Positions 11,388 to 24,000 of a DNA stretch of 64,000 bases are shown here, one piece after another. Below the pieces are notes generated by a model. That model worked only from the letters and a program-made list of their open reading frames with translations, was not told the origin of the DNA and made no database searches. Position 1 is the first letter of the stretch. Every line of letters begins with the position of its first letter. The DNA is from Leucoraja ocellata (Eukaryota). The stretch is from positions 4,712,001 to 4,776,000 of the forward strand of contig JAWMAR010000034.1 of assembly GCA_036785375.1 (NCBI GenBank), read 5' to 3'. Position numbers and translations under genes: made by a program.

Positions 11388-11562
11388 TATACAGCAATTC
11401 GTTCTTCCCCTGCACAATTAAAGCATAGAATAATCTCCACCCAACTATAGTTACCCAACCAGATGCAACTAAATTTAAAGTATCTCTTTCTTCCCAATAA
11501 CCCTTTCTGGCTTAAGTCCTCCCTTCACCACTTCCAGTTTAAATTCCATTTGGAATATTTTG

Positions 11563-11657
11563 GTAGACACAAAATGCTGGAGTAACTCAGCGGGACAGGC
11601 AGCATCTCTGGAGAGAAGAAATGGGTGACGTTTCAGGTCGAGACCCTTCTTCAGACC
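11563..11657 (-). mobile_element. Penelope-derived repeat with a minimal hammerhead motif
   Basis: Minus strand reads CTGAAGAAGGGTCTCGACCTGAAACGTC at ~11627-11654. Confidence 0.75.
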
Positions 11658-11679
11658 AGTGTGCTCTTGTTCCACCGGG

Positions 11680-11950
11680 CAAGTGTGCGGCGCTGTGGAT
11701 GCGGTCGTCCTGCACCAGGTCCTCCAGGCCAGTGTGCGGCGCTGCGGATGCGGTCCTCCTGCACCGTGTCCTGGTCCTCCGGGCCAGCGGCTGGCGCTGC
11801 GGCGCGTGTTGCCCGGCCCGGCTTCAGTCGGCGGCCGACGCTCGGCGTGAGGGGCCGTGTTTTCCTAACGTCGGGCGGCGAAGGCGCGATGCCGGGGCTG
11901 GGGCCGGACCAGGCCCGGCGGCAGAGCCAGGCTCCGCTGGTGCTGCAGAG
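11680..11950 (+). promoter_or_regulatory. CpG-rich SNX19 5' region (putative promoter/5' UTR)
   Basis: Dense CpGs around the inferred start ATG, in an otherwise CpG-poor window. Confidence 0.6.
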
Positions 11951-13559
11951 GAAGTGGCTGGGCCTCGGGCTGCTACTGCTGGCCTGCCTCTTGCTCCAAC
12001 TGCTGCTCAACATCTGGTTGCTATGCGCCTGGGTGCTGCTGCTGTTGCTAGGGGGGTGGCTAGGGTCGCAGCTGGTGCTCAGTCCCTCCAGCCTGGTGCA
12101 TCTGGAGAGGTTCCTCAGCCTAGAGCCCTGGCCCATCCAGCCCAACTCCCGGCAGCGTCTAGCCCTGGAGGTGGAGGGCACCATCAGCAAGATCATCAGG
12201 GACTTTGTCAGCTGCTGGTACCAGACAGTGAGTCAGGAGCCAGAGTTTGTAGAGGAGGTGCAGGCTGCCATGCGTGCCATGGCACTGGAACTGCAGAAGA
12301 GGATGGAGGGGGTGGACAGGAAAGCGCTGGCACAGAATGTGCTCCTGCTCTCCGGCTGCCACCTGGAGGTGTACATGAGGGCAAAGAGGGCAACCTGTGA
12401 GAGGACCGCCCGCCAAGATGCTCAATCCACGTGGAAGACGTATTGCAAACTGTGCCAGCCTCACATTGCCTTGCAGAGCCCGGCAACTGAAGCGAATTAC
12501 GCACGGGGCATTGTTGATTTGTTGCTGCATGTACTGGTGCCCTTTCCCAACCTAGAAACACGGACTGGGAGGTTTGTCGTGAGGGAGCTGATCATGTGCA
12601 ATGTGCTTCTGCCCCTTATAAGAAAAATGTCAGACCCAGATTGGATAAATGGTATAATAATAGAAATATTCACAAAGTCCAGCAAAAAGACTGTTGATGT
12701 GATGGAGGAGCCTCTGCCTTTGGAGGTACCAACTTCCCTACTCTTGAAACCCCCAAAAGAGACAGTTGATGAAAGGTTACCATCTCCGAAAGTTACCGAT
12801 TCTCTCAGTAATGATGTTGTTGATAGTTTGGAACCTAATATGGAGGAGACTATTGCATCCGAAGATGGGATTGTGATTAAATCAAATGATAAAGTTGATA
12901 AATCTTCGGAAAATATAAGCTGTCGCTCTGATTACCAAAGACCGGATAAATTAAACCTTTTCTATTCATGTGAGGAATTTGAACCGGAATCTCCCCTTTC
13001 TGTTATGAGAAAAGATTCTGCTGAATCTTTAATATTGTTGATGACTGATGAACTGGCTGGGGACAGATTGTCTCCAACGGAATTAACTAATGCTTCAGAT
13101 GCAGCAGAAGATGCAAGCAGTGACGAACTGGTCATCGGAGAATCCACATTTTTGGATGCAGATGCTATCTTGCCCGCGTTTGACCAAAATCCAATTTCTC
13201 CGGGGCTTGAGCATGTTGTCAATGACAGTGATATGAAAGAAGAGACTTTAGCTAAATTAGAGAATTCCACATCCGCTCTGGCTCATGAGACTATCCGGAT
13301 TCTTTCCAGACGACATTCATTTCAGGAAAAGGAACCTGTTCCAGCAGATGGTTCAACCTGCAACTTCTTAGAGGTTGTATCTACGACGCTCACACAGACA
13401 TCATCTCCTACATCAGTGAGTCTGCCCAGTTACAGCTTTGAACCAATTTGCAGTCCGGATACACCCGTGGTAATTCACAATCTACGGATCAGTGGAACAA
13501 TCACAGCAAAAGAACACAGAGGAGGGGGATTTCATCCTTACACATTATATACTATCAAG
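11889..13559 (+). CDS. SNX19: Sorting nexin-19 exon 1 (N-terminal TM segments, PXA domain, acidic linker, start of PX)
   Basis: Hydrophobic N-terminus; PXA motifs IIRDFVSCWY and LSGCHL; HPYTLYTIK followed by an AAG|GCAAGT GC donor. The start ATG is inferred. Confidence 0.92.
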
Positions 13560-13699
13560 GCAAGTCCCTTTGGATGATAAAACGAATCACGATACTGTGT
13601 TGTTATTCTGTCAACAAATTCTGTTTGAGAGTTTGTGATTCCCGCTATACATCTCTGAGCTTAATTGGTCACAAAGTAGTTCTGTTACTATACTGTAAT

Positions 13700-14120
13700 T
13701 TCCACTCATTCATAACTGCACGCAATGCTCCAAATGTGGCCTAGCCAAAGTTCTATAAAGTCACATCATGACTTCTTGACTGTTATACTCAATGCTCTGA
13801 CATTGCAAACAAGCATACCATATGCCTTCTTAACCATGCTTATTGACTTGACTTGCCAGTTATGTTTCCCTTGCAGCCATGTTTCTGCAAGGGCCAACTC
13901 ATTGTAGTCCCAAGCACTGATCCAGGCTCCATGTTGATCTGCTGTCTCCACAATGCTCCTGGCATTGAAATAAACACACTTCAGCCCATCAGCATCACCA
14001 TTTTTCTTCACCTCCCTGTCTGTGCTCCCTTTGAACTAACTCGTCCAAACCTCTACCTTCCCATCACCACTTATAATTTCTGACATACAACTTTGGTTCC
14101 CAGCCCCTGCCTCCCAGAAA
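13700..14120 (-). mobile_element. CR1-like LINE fragments including the start of the APE endonuclease
   Basis: Encodes GLKCVYFNARSI...ALAETWL. Confidence 0.7.
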
Positions 14121-14654
14121 ATTAGGAAATCCAAATTAGTTTGGTAAAAAACCATAAAGATAGACACGAAAATCTGGAGTAACTCCAGCATCTCTGGAGA
14201 AAGGAATAGGTGAAGTTTTGGGTCGAGAAAATACATTTAGGAGATTTAATCAAGAGCTAAGTTATGATGTGTGAAATATTAAATTATATATCTTTAGAAA
14301 AATACAAGTTATTTTGCAAAGTATGGAAGATTAGAGGCATTCAAGTATCTAGCAATAAATGTTTTTTTGAAAAATCATGTTGGAAGGACTTGAGTGATGT
14401 TAGGGTAACAGTGACAGAATTAAATAAGCAGACCAAACTAGATAGAGATTGGAAACACAATGAACTGTGGATGCTGGAATCTTGAGAAAAACACAAAGTG
14501 CTAGAGTAACTCAGCAGATCACGCAGCATCTGTAGAGAAAGTCTCTCATTGTCTACAAATGCTGTCTGATCCACTGAGTTACTCCAGCACTTTAAGTAAA
14601 GAGATGATTTTAAGAGACTATTACTAAACCCCACATCAATGTAGAAAAGAAAGG

Positions 14655-15830
14655 TAGACAGACACTAAATGCTGGAGTAACTCAGCAGGACAGGCAGCAT
14701 CGCTGGAGAGAAGGAATGGGTGATGTTTCAGGTCGAGACCCTTCTTCAGACTGATGTCAGGGGAATGGGAAGTACAGAGATAAAATGTAGTCGGAGACAG
14801 TATGAGAACTGGGAAGGGGGAGGGGATGGAGAGAGAGGGAAAGCAAGGGCCAGAACAAGGGGTCACAGTTTAAGGATAATGGGGAAATATTTTAGGACTG
14901 AGATGAGAAAAACATTTTTACACAGAGAGTGGTGAATCTCTGGAATTCTCTGCCACAGAATGGAGTTGAGGGCAGTTCATTGGCTATATTTAAGAGGGAG
15001 TTAGATGTGGACCTTGTGGCTAAAGGGATCAGGGGGTATGGAGAGAAAGCAGGTACAGGATACTGAGTTGGGTGATCAGCCATGATCATATTGAATGGCG
15101 GTGCAGGCTCAAAGGGCTGAATGGCCTACTCCTGCACCTATTTTCTATGTTACTTGAAGTTAGAAAAGTCAATGTTCATACTGGTGGGGTGTAAGCTACC
15201 CAAGCAAAATATGTGCTGTTCCTCCAATTTGCGCTGGGTCTCACTGACAATGGAGGAGGCCCAGGATGGAAAGGTCAGATTGAGAATGGGAGGGGGAGTT
15301 AAAGTGCTGAGCAACCGGGAGATCAGGTAGGTTTAAACGGACTGAGAGGAGGTGTTCGCTGAGCCTGCACTTGGTCTTGCTAATATACAGGAGTTGACAC
15401 TTGGAACAGCCGATACAGTAGGTGAGGTTGGAGGAGGATCAAGTAAATCTCTGAGTCACCTGAAAAGACTGTTGGGGACCTTGGATGGAGTCGAGGGGGG
15501 AGGTAAAGGGACATCTGTGTTTGCAGGGGAAGGTACCTGGGGAGGGGGTGGGAAAGGATGAGTTGACCAGGTAGTTACGGAGGGAACGGTCTCTGCGGAA
15601 AGCAGAATGGCGTGGAGATGGGAAGATGTGGCCAGTAATGGAATCCCGTTGGAGGTGGCGAAAATGTTGAATGAGAATTATGGGCTGTATGGGGCGGCTG
15701 ATGGGGTGGAAGGTGAGGACAAGGGAGACTCTGTCCTTGTTACTATTGGGGGGGGGGGGAGGTGGAGCAAGAGCGGAGCTGCGGGATATCAAAGAGACCC
15801 TAGTGAGAGCCTCATCCATAATGGAAGAGG
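14655..15830 (-). mobile_element. Penelope-like element 3' portion (RT C-terminus, GIY-YIG remnant, pLTR with hammerhead), interrupted by a CR1 tail
   Basis: Encodes DRVSLVLTFHP..QHFRHLQRD..AFRRDRSLRNYLV..PGTFPC; hammerhead motif at ~14722-14749. Confidence 0.8.
14847..15149 (+). mobile_element. CR1/HER1-like LINE 3' tail inserted in the Penelope element
   Basis: RTRGHSLR motif and the tail GAATGGCCTACTCCTGCACC. Confidence 0.8.
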
Positions 15831-16046
15831 GGAATATGTAGAAAATAATATGTTTTTGAAACTAGCCGATTTATTAATATGCAGTATTAAAGTTTCATTA
15901 TAGTTTAAGAATATGAAAAATATATATTTGTTCTTGGTTTTCTTAAGTGTGGCATTTACAGAGAATAAATTGCATTTGTGTGTGAGTGTGCTTGGCTGGT
16001 GTGTCACTTGGTTTGCACTGACGGATGCATTGCTGTCGGTTCACAG

Positions 16047-16185
16047 TATGAGACGGCACTGGACACTGACAATCCTGGAACCCTCCAGCAGGTGGCATAT
16101 CACACAGTTAATCGACGCTACAGCGAGTTCCTGAATTTGCAAACCAGAATGGAGGAAAAGACAGAACTTCGTAAGATCATCAAAA
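16047..16185 (+). CDS. SNX19: SNX19 exon 2 (PX: YETALD...VNRRYSEFLNLQTR)
   Basis: AG/GT boundaries, phase 0/1, PX RRY motif. Confidence 0.95.
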
Positions 16186-16369
16186 GTAAGAGCACAGCAA
16201 TGAAACAGGATGTCTGAATGAGCTGGTGGAGGAACAGATAATTTTCCATATTTCATATTTCCTTATAACATAGAAGGAGGCTAGTTTCGACCACCCATCT
16301 ACACCAGGGCAATTTACAGTGCTTAATTAACTTGTTAAATGGAACACACATACATACACACCCACACAA

Positions 16370-16640
16370 CTTTGTTTAAAGCTTTTTGGCCCACTGAGTC
16401 CACACTGACCATCAGTTACCCATTCACACAAGGTCTATGTTATGCATATGTTATCCTATTTTCTCATCCACTCGCTATATTTTTTAGAGGCCAATTGACC
16501 TACAAACCTATTCATCTTTGGTATGTGGAAAGAAAGCAGAGCACACGGTCACAGAGAATGTGCAAACTCTACACAGACAGTGTTTGTGGTCAGGATTGAT
16601 CTGGTGCTATGAGGCAGCATCTCTACCAGCTGCACCGCTG
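16370..16640 (-). mobile_element. Degenerate V-SINE
   Basis: Similar to the 4308-4612 copy. Confidence 0.65.
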
Positions 16641-16675
16641 TTCTATTTGACTTCTGATCTTGCATTTTACCAAAA

Positions 16676-16995
16676 GGGCGGCACGGTGGTGCAGCAGTAG
16701 ATTTACTGCCTTACAGCACTTGTAGTGCCAGGGACTCGGGTTTGATCCTGACTACGGGTGCTGTGTGTATGGATTTTGTACTTTCTCCCCATGACCGTGT
16801 GGGTTTTCTCCAAGATCTTCGGTTTCCTCTCATACTCCAAAGACGTACAGGTTTGTAGGTTAATTGGCTTAGTAGAAATGTAAATTGTTCCGAATGTGTG
16901 TAGGGTAGTGTTAATGTGTTGGGATCGCTGGTCGGTGTGGACTCGATGGGCCGAAGTGCCTGTTTCTGCGCTGTATCTCTAAATATAAAACTAAA
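16676..16995 (+). mobile_element. Full-length V-SINE (HE1-like)
   Basis: GGCACGGTGGTGCAGCAGTAG head, V-domain and a (TAAA)-like tail. Confidence 0.85.
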
Positions 16996-17248
16996 TTTGT
17001 GGCAGAAATATTTTAATGCCTTTAAATTGGGACATCCCAAGAAACCAATGCAAATCTGACTTTCTTTTCTCTAATGTTGTCTGTGTGGTTGCTTATACTT
17101 TTAAGCAACGAAATTTTGATGCTTTCTGATTTTAACACAAGTGTAATAGATTTAAATGTCATCAATTACTATTGGCAAAATTATTAAAATTCTTTTCAAT
17201 GGGGATTAATTATGTTTTTCCCAGTAATAGATTTTTGTTGGTTTCCAG

Positions 17249-17349
17249 ATATCAAAGGACCAAAGAAACTATTTCCAGATTTGCCATTTGGAAATATGGA
17301 CACTGATAAAGTTGAGGCTCGAAAAAGTCTCCTTGAGTCATTTCTGAAG
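17249..17349 (+). CDS. SNX19: SNX19 exon 3 (IKGPKKLFPDLPFGNMDTDKVEARKSLLESFLK)
   Basis: AG/GT boundaries, phase 1/0, peptide close to vertebrate SNX19. Confidence 0.95.
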
Positions 17350-17639
17350 GTAGGAACAAACTAATGCATGTATCATCCTCAATGAGGGAGGTGTTTTCAT
17401 CTGGTCACCCATCAAGGTTTATACCCAGAAGATAGACACAAAATGCTGTGGGTGAAGTTTCAGGTCGAGATCCTTCTTCTGACTTATACCCACTCTCCCA
17501 CAGGAATTTCTCATGCAGACTGTGTTTAATGGTGTTGTAGAAATTGCATAGAGCATCTAAATTCGGATCACAGAACACTTTAGAATGGCCATTTTAATCA
17601 GCTTGTTAACAATTTGGCTGAGCAAACTGTGGCTTACAA

Positions 17640-18030
17640 AAATAGACAATAGGTGCAGGAGTAGGCCATTCGGCCCTTCGAGCCAGCACCGCCATTCAAT
17701 GTGATCATGGCTGATCATTCCCAATCAGTACCCCATTCCTGCCTTCTCCCCATATCCCCTGAGTCCGCCTCCACCGCCATCTGAGGCAGAGAATTCCACA
17801 AACTCACCACTCTCTGTGAGAAAAAGTGTTTCCTCGTCTCCGTTCTAAATGGCTTACTCCTTATTCTTAAACTGTGGCCCCTGGTTCTGGACTCCCCCAA
17901 CATCGGGAACATGTTTCCTGCCTCTAGTGTGTCTAAGTCCATAACAATCTTATATGTTTCAATGCTAATCCCTCTCATCCTTCTAAACTCCAGAGTGTAC
18001 AAGCCCAGCTGCTCCATTCTCTCAGCATAC
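17640..18030 (-). mobile_element. CR1/HER1-like LINE 3' end
   Basis: Encodes LGLYTLEFRRMRG...SRTRGHSLR...FFSQRVVSLWNSLP. Confidence 0.85.
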
Positions 18031-18456
18031 TCAGCAATATTACTGGAATCTGGCCTGCATCATTGCATTGCACAAAGAGTAATAGTGAGAGATGGTTTCT
18101 CTTGGAATTTTTATGTTGGGAGTCCATCCATAGAAAGATAGTCTCCCTGGAGCCAACAGGGGACTTGAAGTATAAATAAAACCTTTCTGCAATTATATAG
18201 GGCTTGGTTAATATTGAACTATTATATTGAATAGCAGAGCAGACAGAGGGGGAATTTTTACTTCCATTTTTGTATTTAATTACAGCTTCCTTATGTATCA
18301 AATTGCTTATCATAGTTTACTTTTGTGAACTATTTTTTGGAACTGAAACTTAAGGAAAGGTTATATTTTCTAATTGCGGTCGCTAACTTGTGTCATAACT
18401 TTTTTGTATTATGTATGGAGTATGCAAGAAAATAAGGTTTTCTTCTTCCAATGCAG

Positions 18457-18573
18457 CAACTTTGTGCCATTCCGGAAAGTGCGTACTCTGAGGAGATGCA
18501 GGAATTCCTGGCCCTCAACACTGATGCCAGGATTGCTTTTGTGAAGAAGTCCTTTGTGTCCAGGATTGACAAG
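18457..18573 (+). CDS. SNX19: SNX19 exon 4 (QLCAIPE...FLALNTDARIAFVKK..SRIDK)
   Basis: AG/GT boundaries, phase 0/0. Confidence 0.95.
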
Positions 18574-19815
18574 GTTATTACTATTTGGGAACATTTTTAT
18601 TGATCATCCTCTCTTCGAGAGCCCTTTTATTTATATGCTTTTAACGGAAAGCTGTTAGTTAGAGGTCAACATGTACTTGTTTATTTTTTTGCTGGGTCCA
18701 AATCGAACTGCTGATGTCCTTCCAGCAGGTCAGTTCTTCGTAAATGTTGTGGCATAGAGTTCAGAAACAAGATTGAAGGTGGCACATCTGCAGTGAACCT
18801 AGGTTCGATCCAAATCTTTGGTGCTCGGTAGCAATTTTATATGTTTTCTCTGTGATTATGTTGGTTTCCAACGATGCTCCTGTTTCCTCCCACATCCCAA
18901 AGATGTGCTGGTTTGTATTCCATTTCTCCCATTATCGGCAGATGGTTAGAGAAGCAGAGGTGAATAAGAATAGGTTACAGGGAAATAAGACGGGCAATGG
19001 GATTGCTGTTAGAGCCAGCATAGATGGAAATACCAAGAATATTGGAAGTCAGATGCAGCTCCACCAGTGGATTTATCACCAAGTCTGGGGATAGAGCACT
19101 CCATACCTAAGTCATAGAGTCCTCCAGCAAGGAAACAGGCCCTTCAGCCCAACATGCCAATCATGACCCAACATCTAAGATAGTCCTATTTACCCATGTT
19201 TAGCCCATATCCCTCTAAACCTTTCCTATCCATGTACTTATCTGAGTAGCAGACCAGACCTGAGGTCCAGCAGTTTGGATTTGCACTGAGGATGGCAGAC
19301 AAATGTGTGACAACTGCATTTGAATGCAGTCACTGACCTTGACTGGTTTGTATGGTCTTCTTTGTTGTATCATAATTTTATTTTATCACTTAAGTTGTCG
19401 TTGTTTACAGATGTTTTTATGTAAGTTTATTGTTTAATTTTAAAAAAATCTATTTTATATGTCTGCGAACATTTCCCATTAAAAGATAACCAAGAACAGT
19501 CCAAAGGTCCAAAGGCCATTGACAGACTGTCAAAGGCCATCGAGGCAATCCAGAGATGCTGCCTCAGGATCTGACGCATTAAGTTAATTGTTAATGGGTA
19601 TAACTGCATCACAAGGGTGGGCTGCTGCAGCCAACATCCAGCTTTATTGCAGAACAATGAAAAGTAAATGTGGCTATGGAGAAATCCAAAATAGTTGATG
19701 ATTGTCTGATTGGGCCATTCTCAGCATTAGGGGTTCATGTTAGTGATGAATTTTAATTGAGTTGATGAGACCATTTGCCAGGGCATTGTATTAGCAAGGT
19801 CTGTCTTTCTTGCAG

Positions 19816-19946
19816 ATTGTCGTTAGTGCAATTGTGGATACATTGAAGACAGCCTTCCCCCGAACAGACCCTCAGAGTCCTACTGAGGAATTGGGAGAGT
19901 GCGAAGCAGATTGCAAGTTCCAAGGAGATGGAAAGAAAGCCAACAA
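19816..19946 (+). CDS. SNX19: SNX19 exon 5 (IVVSAIVDTLKTAFPRTDPQSPTEEL...)
   Basis: AG/GT boundaries, phase 0/2. Confidence 0.95.
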
Positions 19947-20479
19947 GTGGGTATCTGTAAAATACATTAAAGATCCTTAATCTGGAGACTGAAGAAGGGT
20001 CCATGTTCTCCAGAGATGCTGCCTGACCCGCTGCTTTACTCCAGCACTTTATGTCGTCTTTTGTAAACCAGCATCTGCTTTTCCTTGTTTCTATAAAGAA
20101 CTTTTCATATTTGCAGATTTTTGCATCTCTCAAGTGATTGTTCGTTTTCCTCATTGTTTCTACAAAAACAAACAGAAAAATGTTCTGCTTTATTGCAAGA
20201 GACAAAAGTATATTTTCATTTGTCACTTAACAACCTCGATGCACCAAACAAAATATTTTATCTGATTGTAATCTCTCATGAAATATTTCAAGCCATATAG
20301 GTTTCTGTGTTAATCATGTGTGCATATTCCAGACTTTATTTTGTGCTGTAAAATATATATTTTTTTAAATTACAAATCGTGCATGTTACTTTCTGGTTAG
20401 TTGTAAGTTTTTAGCAGTGAGATTCGCTTCCCGTCCAATTTGAGGCTGCTGTCAACAGACATCGTAAAGAGAAATGTGT

Positions 20480-20900
20480 ATGAAGGAACTGCAGATGCTG
20501 GATTACACCGAAGATAGACACAAAATACTGGAGTAACTTAGCGGGAGAGGCAGCATCTCTGCAAAGAAGGAATGGGTGACGTTTTGGCTCGAGACCAGTC
20601 TAAAGAAAGGTCTCGACCCAAAGGGTCTCAATCTAAAATGTCAGCCATTCCTTCTATCCAGAGATGTTGCCTATCCCGCTGAGTTACTCCAGCATTTGTG
20701 TCTCTTCGGAAAGGAAAATATAGAAATTATAGAAATATAGTAATAGGATGTTATAGAAATTAATATTTCTAGTCGGGACCTTTCTTCAGACAAATGTTAT
20801 CTGTCTTTTCCTTCCATAGATGTTGCCTACCCTGCTGAGTTCCCCCGGCACTTTGTTTTTTTGCTCAATATTCCAGCATCTGCAGATTTTTCCTGTCCCT
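20480..20900. mobile_element. Penelope-derived palindromic repeats
   Basis: AAGGAACTGCAGATGCTGG arm and the inverted GAGTTACTCCAGCA arm. Confidence 0.7.
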
Positions 20901-20955
20901 ACAGAAATTGATACTTTTATTCCGATTGAACAACTGTTAAACTTATTTATTTCAG

Positions 20956-21049
20956 ATCCCGTCTAAGGTTTGCCTCCAGTAAGATTGCTCCGGTACTAAG
21001 TGTTGGAGACATTCAAGCAAAAATCACATACTGCTACAAAGAAAATGCT
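20956..21049 (+). CDS. SNX19: SNX19 exon 6 (SRLRFASSKIAPVLSV...)
   Basis: AG and GTAAGT boundaries, phase 2/0. Confidence 0.93.
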
Positions 21050-24000
21050 GTAAGTCTCCGGTTTTCTTTTTTATTTCTGCAATAAAACTGAACATTGAAA
21101 GTTATTCATTATTTCCATGTAGTCCATGTAAGATCTGACCAAAAATAATATTATCATTCGTTTCTGGTATTTATTTCATTTCCAGATAATGTTGCTCACT
21201 TGGATTCCGAATATACTTAAAACACATGATATATATTTTTGTTTAGATTACCCTTTGGCTTGAACGCTGGCCAGGTAGTTTAGTGAAAAATATACCAGAC
21301 TTATTATAGCTTGAGAGACTTGTGTTGTCCATTGTGTAGTCAGAACTAACCCTGAAAGGTTACCATCTTCTATTGAACCAGATGCCAAAACATTGGGAGT
21401 TTTGAAATCAGATAGCAAATACAATCAAACCCAATATTAAATCCCTAAAATTGATCAACTCAGCTTTCCTTAAAAAAGAGGAGGCAACATTTTTAGTTGA
21501 GGAAATGTGCATTCTCCTTTCACTCTTCTCCACTGGTAAAATGACATTGCCTTTGCCCTGGGAGAAGTGTCTGCTCTGAGGGTATCAATGGTACACTTAG
21601 CTTCAGGCTTTGATGAGTTAACTTAAAAGAGACATTTTCATCTAATGACATTTGCAGAAAATGAACTATAAATTAAATACCACATTTCCAGAAAGTATTT
21701 TATGTATGGAGTTACAGAGGGTGAAAAATTCAACTTTTAATAAACAGGCACGTTACCAAAGGGCAGTAAATATAAACTTTTGCAAAACACAAAGTGCTGG
21801 AGGAACTCAGGAGGTCAGGCAATATCTGTGGAGGGAATGGACAGATGATGTTTCGGGACAGGACTCCTCTTCATATATAAACTGTTCTTCAAGACTATTA
21901 CTTACACACATGGTGTTCTACTGAGTTAGCTTTTTGAGTTTGTTATGAATGCCAAAGTAGGTGTTATGCTCCATATTTCAATGAGATGAGGATCATTTAA
22001 AAAATTGGCTGTGTGTTTGTAACAAATTTATGTGTAATAGTATCGTACAAATTTATGACACAATATGAGACTTCAGCCCAATGTGCCATGTCAGCCAAAG
22101 TGGTGTGATTTAGATTCCTTCCACTCCCAGCTCTCACTCCATAGCCTTATAGGATTTTGTGATGTATGAATAGATATTATACATACATTATACAGTAAAA
22201 ATTCAGGCATAAATCCAATGTTCTATAACATTGTATTTGCAAAATGCAAAAAGAAAACAATCAGAAAGAACTGTAGAGGTTATATTGCTGAGGAAAAAAT
22301 AGTTTGGTGCATTTTTTTAGATATTGCAGCACTATTTTGAATAATCCAATGTTTCCTGAATGGATCATTGGGCCGTCTGGGTTGCAGGTGACTCTGACTT
22401 TGGATATTTTACTCCATCTGTATTCCAACAATTTCTTTTGCTTTCATTTCTTGTGGTATTAAGTATCTTGTTTTCACGAGCTGGCTCAAGTGGCAAAATC
22501 TGTTTGGTTTGCATTCAGAACAAATAAAGTTTTATTTGGTACTGGAAAAGCCTTCCCGTGTTTATTGCCTGTACCGGTGATGCTATTAATACAGCGTATT
22601 TATCTACAACATGCCTAATGTATATCCCATATGCCACTCGTATTGAATCTTTGGTGATATAAATTACTGGTTGGGCTTGTTTGTTTTGAGTGATTTTTGA
22701 TCTGAAACGCATGTTATACTTGATTAGTGCCTTATAACGTGCTCATACATTGGGTAATGAAGGTGGATACTCTATTCAATTACTTACGCAATACCAGCAG
22801 CAGTGCATTGCAAGGTATGGTCAATTGTGCTGCAGCTGAGGTTAAGCTCAGGTCTTTCAAAAATTTGTTTGTTGCACAAAATGGAAATAAGTTTTCATGC
22901 TGCTGTGCTTAATAACAATGAGTTATAGATTTTTAACTCAAATTCATTGTTATTGGAAACATGATCAATTAGACAGTGCAACAAAGAGACTACAAAACCA
23001 GTTGGTCAGATTGATCTGTTTGTGGCATTTCATAGCAAAACGGCAGGCACCTTAGTTGATAGGGAACATTACAAATAACTATTTGTTGCTTGTTCAGTAG
23101 TAAATATTTAGCATGGAAGTGTGTGTTTATATAATTTAGTCCACAATGAAAAAGATTTATTAACCAACACGTGGGTAAAGTTTGTGACCCCTCTGTTCCT
23201 TATTGTTCATTATGTCCGTAAAAATGTTAGAAAGAGGAATGGATCTTTTGGCTTAAAATTTAAATATTAAGATTGGCTTGAGATGGAAAAAAAGTGCACA
23301 GTGAAAGAGTCTTGGACCCAGTAAAAAATGGTTGCCTGGCAAATTTACAACTCAAAAATTACATCTAACGTGATACAAATAATACATGGTGGGCAAAACA
23401 TTCAGTTGATTAGATTGGAAATCATTTTTGGCCTGAGCTCATCTCCAGCCATTAGGAAACATTTGAGAAATTTAGTAGGGCTGAGCACCATGCGATTTTT
23501 GGATGATATTGTTGCCCCAATTGGTCAAAACATACCTTTAATATAGTACTCCATCTCTCTAATTTTTGCCTGTAGCGTATTACGCCATTCAGCCATATAT
23601 GTTATGCCAGCTGTATTGGAGCTAAAAAACTACGTTCTGAACAGAAGTCAGAGCAAAACTAGCCATGAGTCTGGTAGCTCCTTCAGGCTCAGTGTCAATT
23701 TTGCTTGGTTACTGCACTGATTAAACACCAAGGATATTATGTCCAAGCATTGCATAGTTGTTGTCCTCTCTGGTCCCAATTTAAAAGTGATGGTTTCAAG
23801 ATAATGTGGGGATTTAACAAAATTGTTTCATGATTATTTCAGCATCCAAGCACAGTCTGAAAGGCATTGAGCATTGCCATGTGTAATAAGGCATTTGGAA
23901 TACAAGAGAAATAAATCATTTTAACACTCAATAAAGATCAAAAGGCAACTATAAACTGGAGGAGAGGAATCCAGCTTGTTGGCGTCAACACTGACGTCAC

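Noticed and set aside
11110-11417. Overlapping ORFs on both strands
   Set aside because: They lie within the foldback transposon arm and have no protein motif.
11625-11888. 88-aa N-terminal extension of the SNX19 ORF
   Set aside because: It starts at a GTG inside a Penelope repeat; SNX19-like sequence begins near ATG 11889.
11621-12561. Long alternate-frame and antisense ORFs (259, 181, 123 and 117 aa)
   Set aside because: They are expected by-products of GC-rich SNX19 coding sequence.
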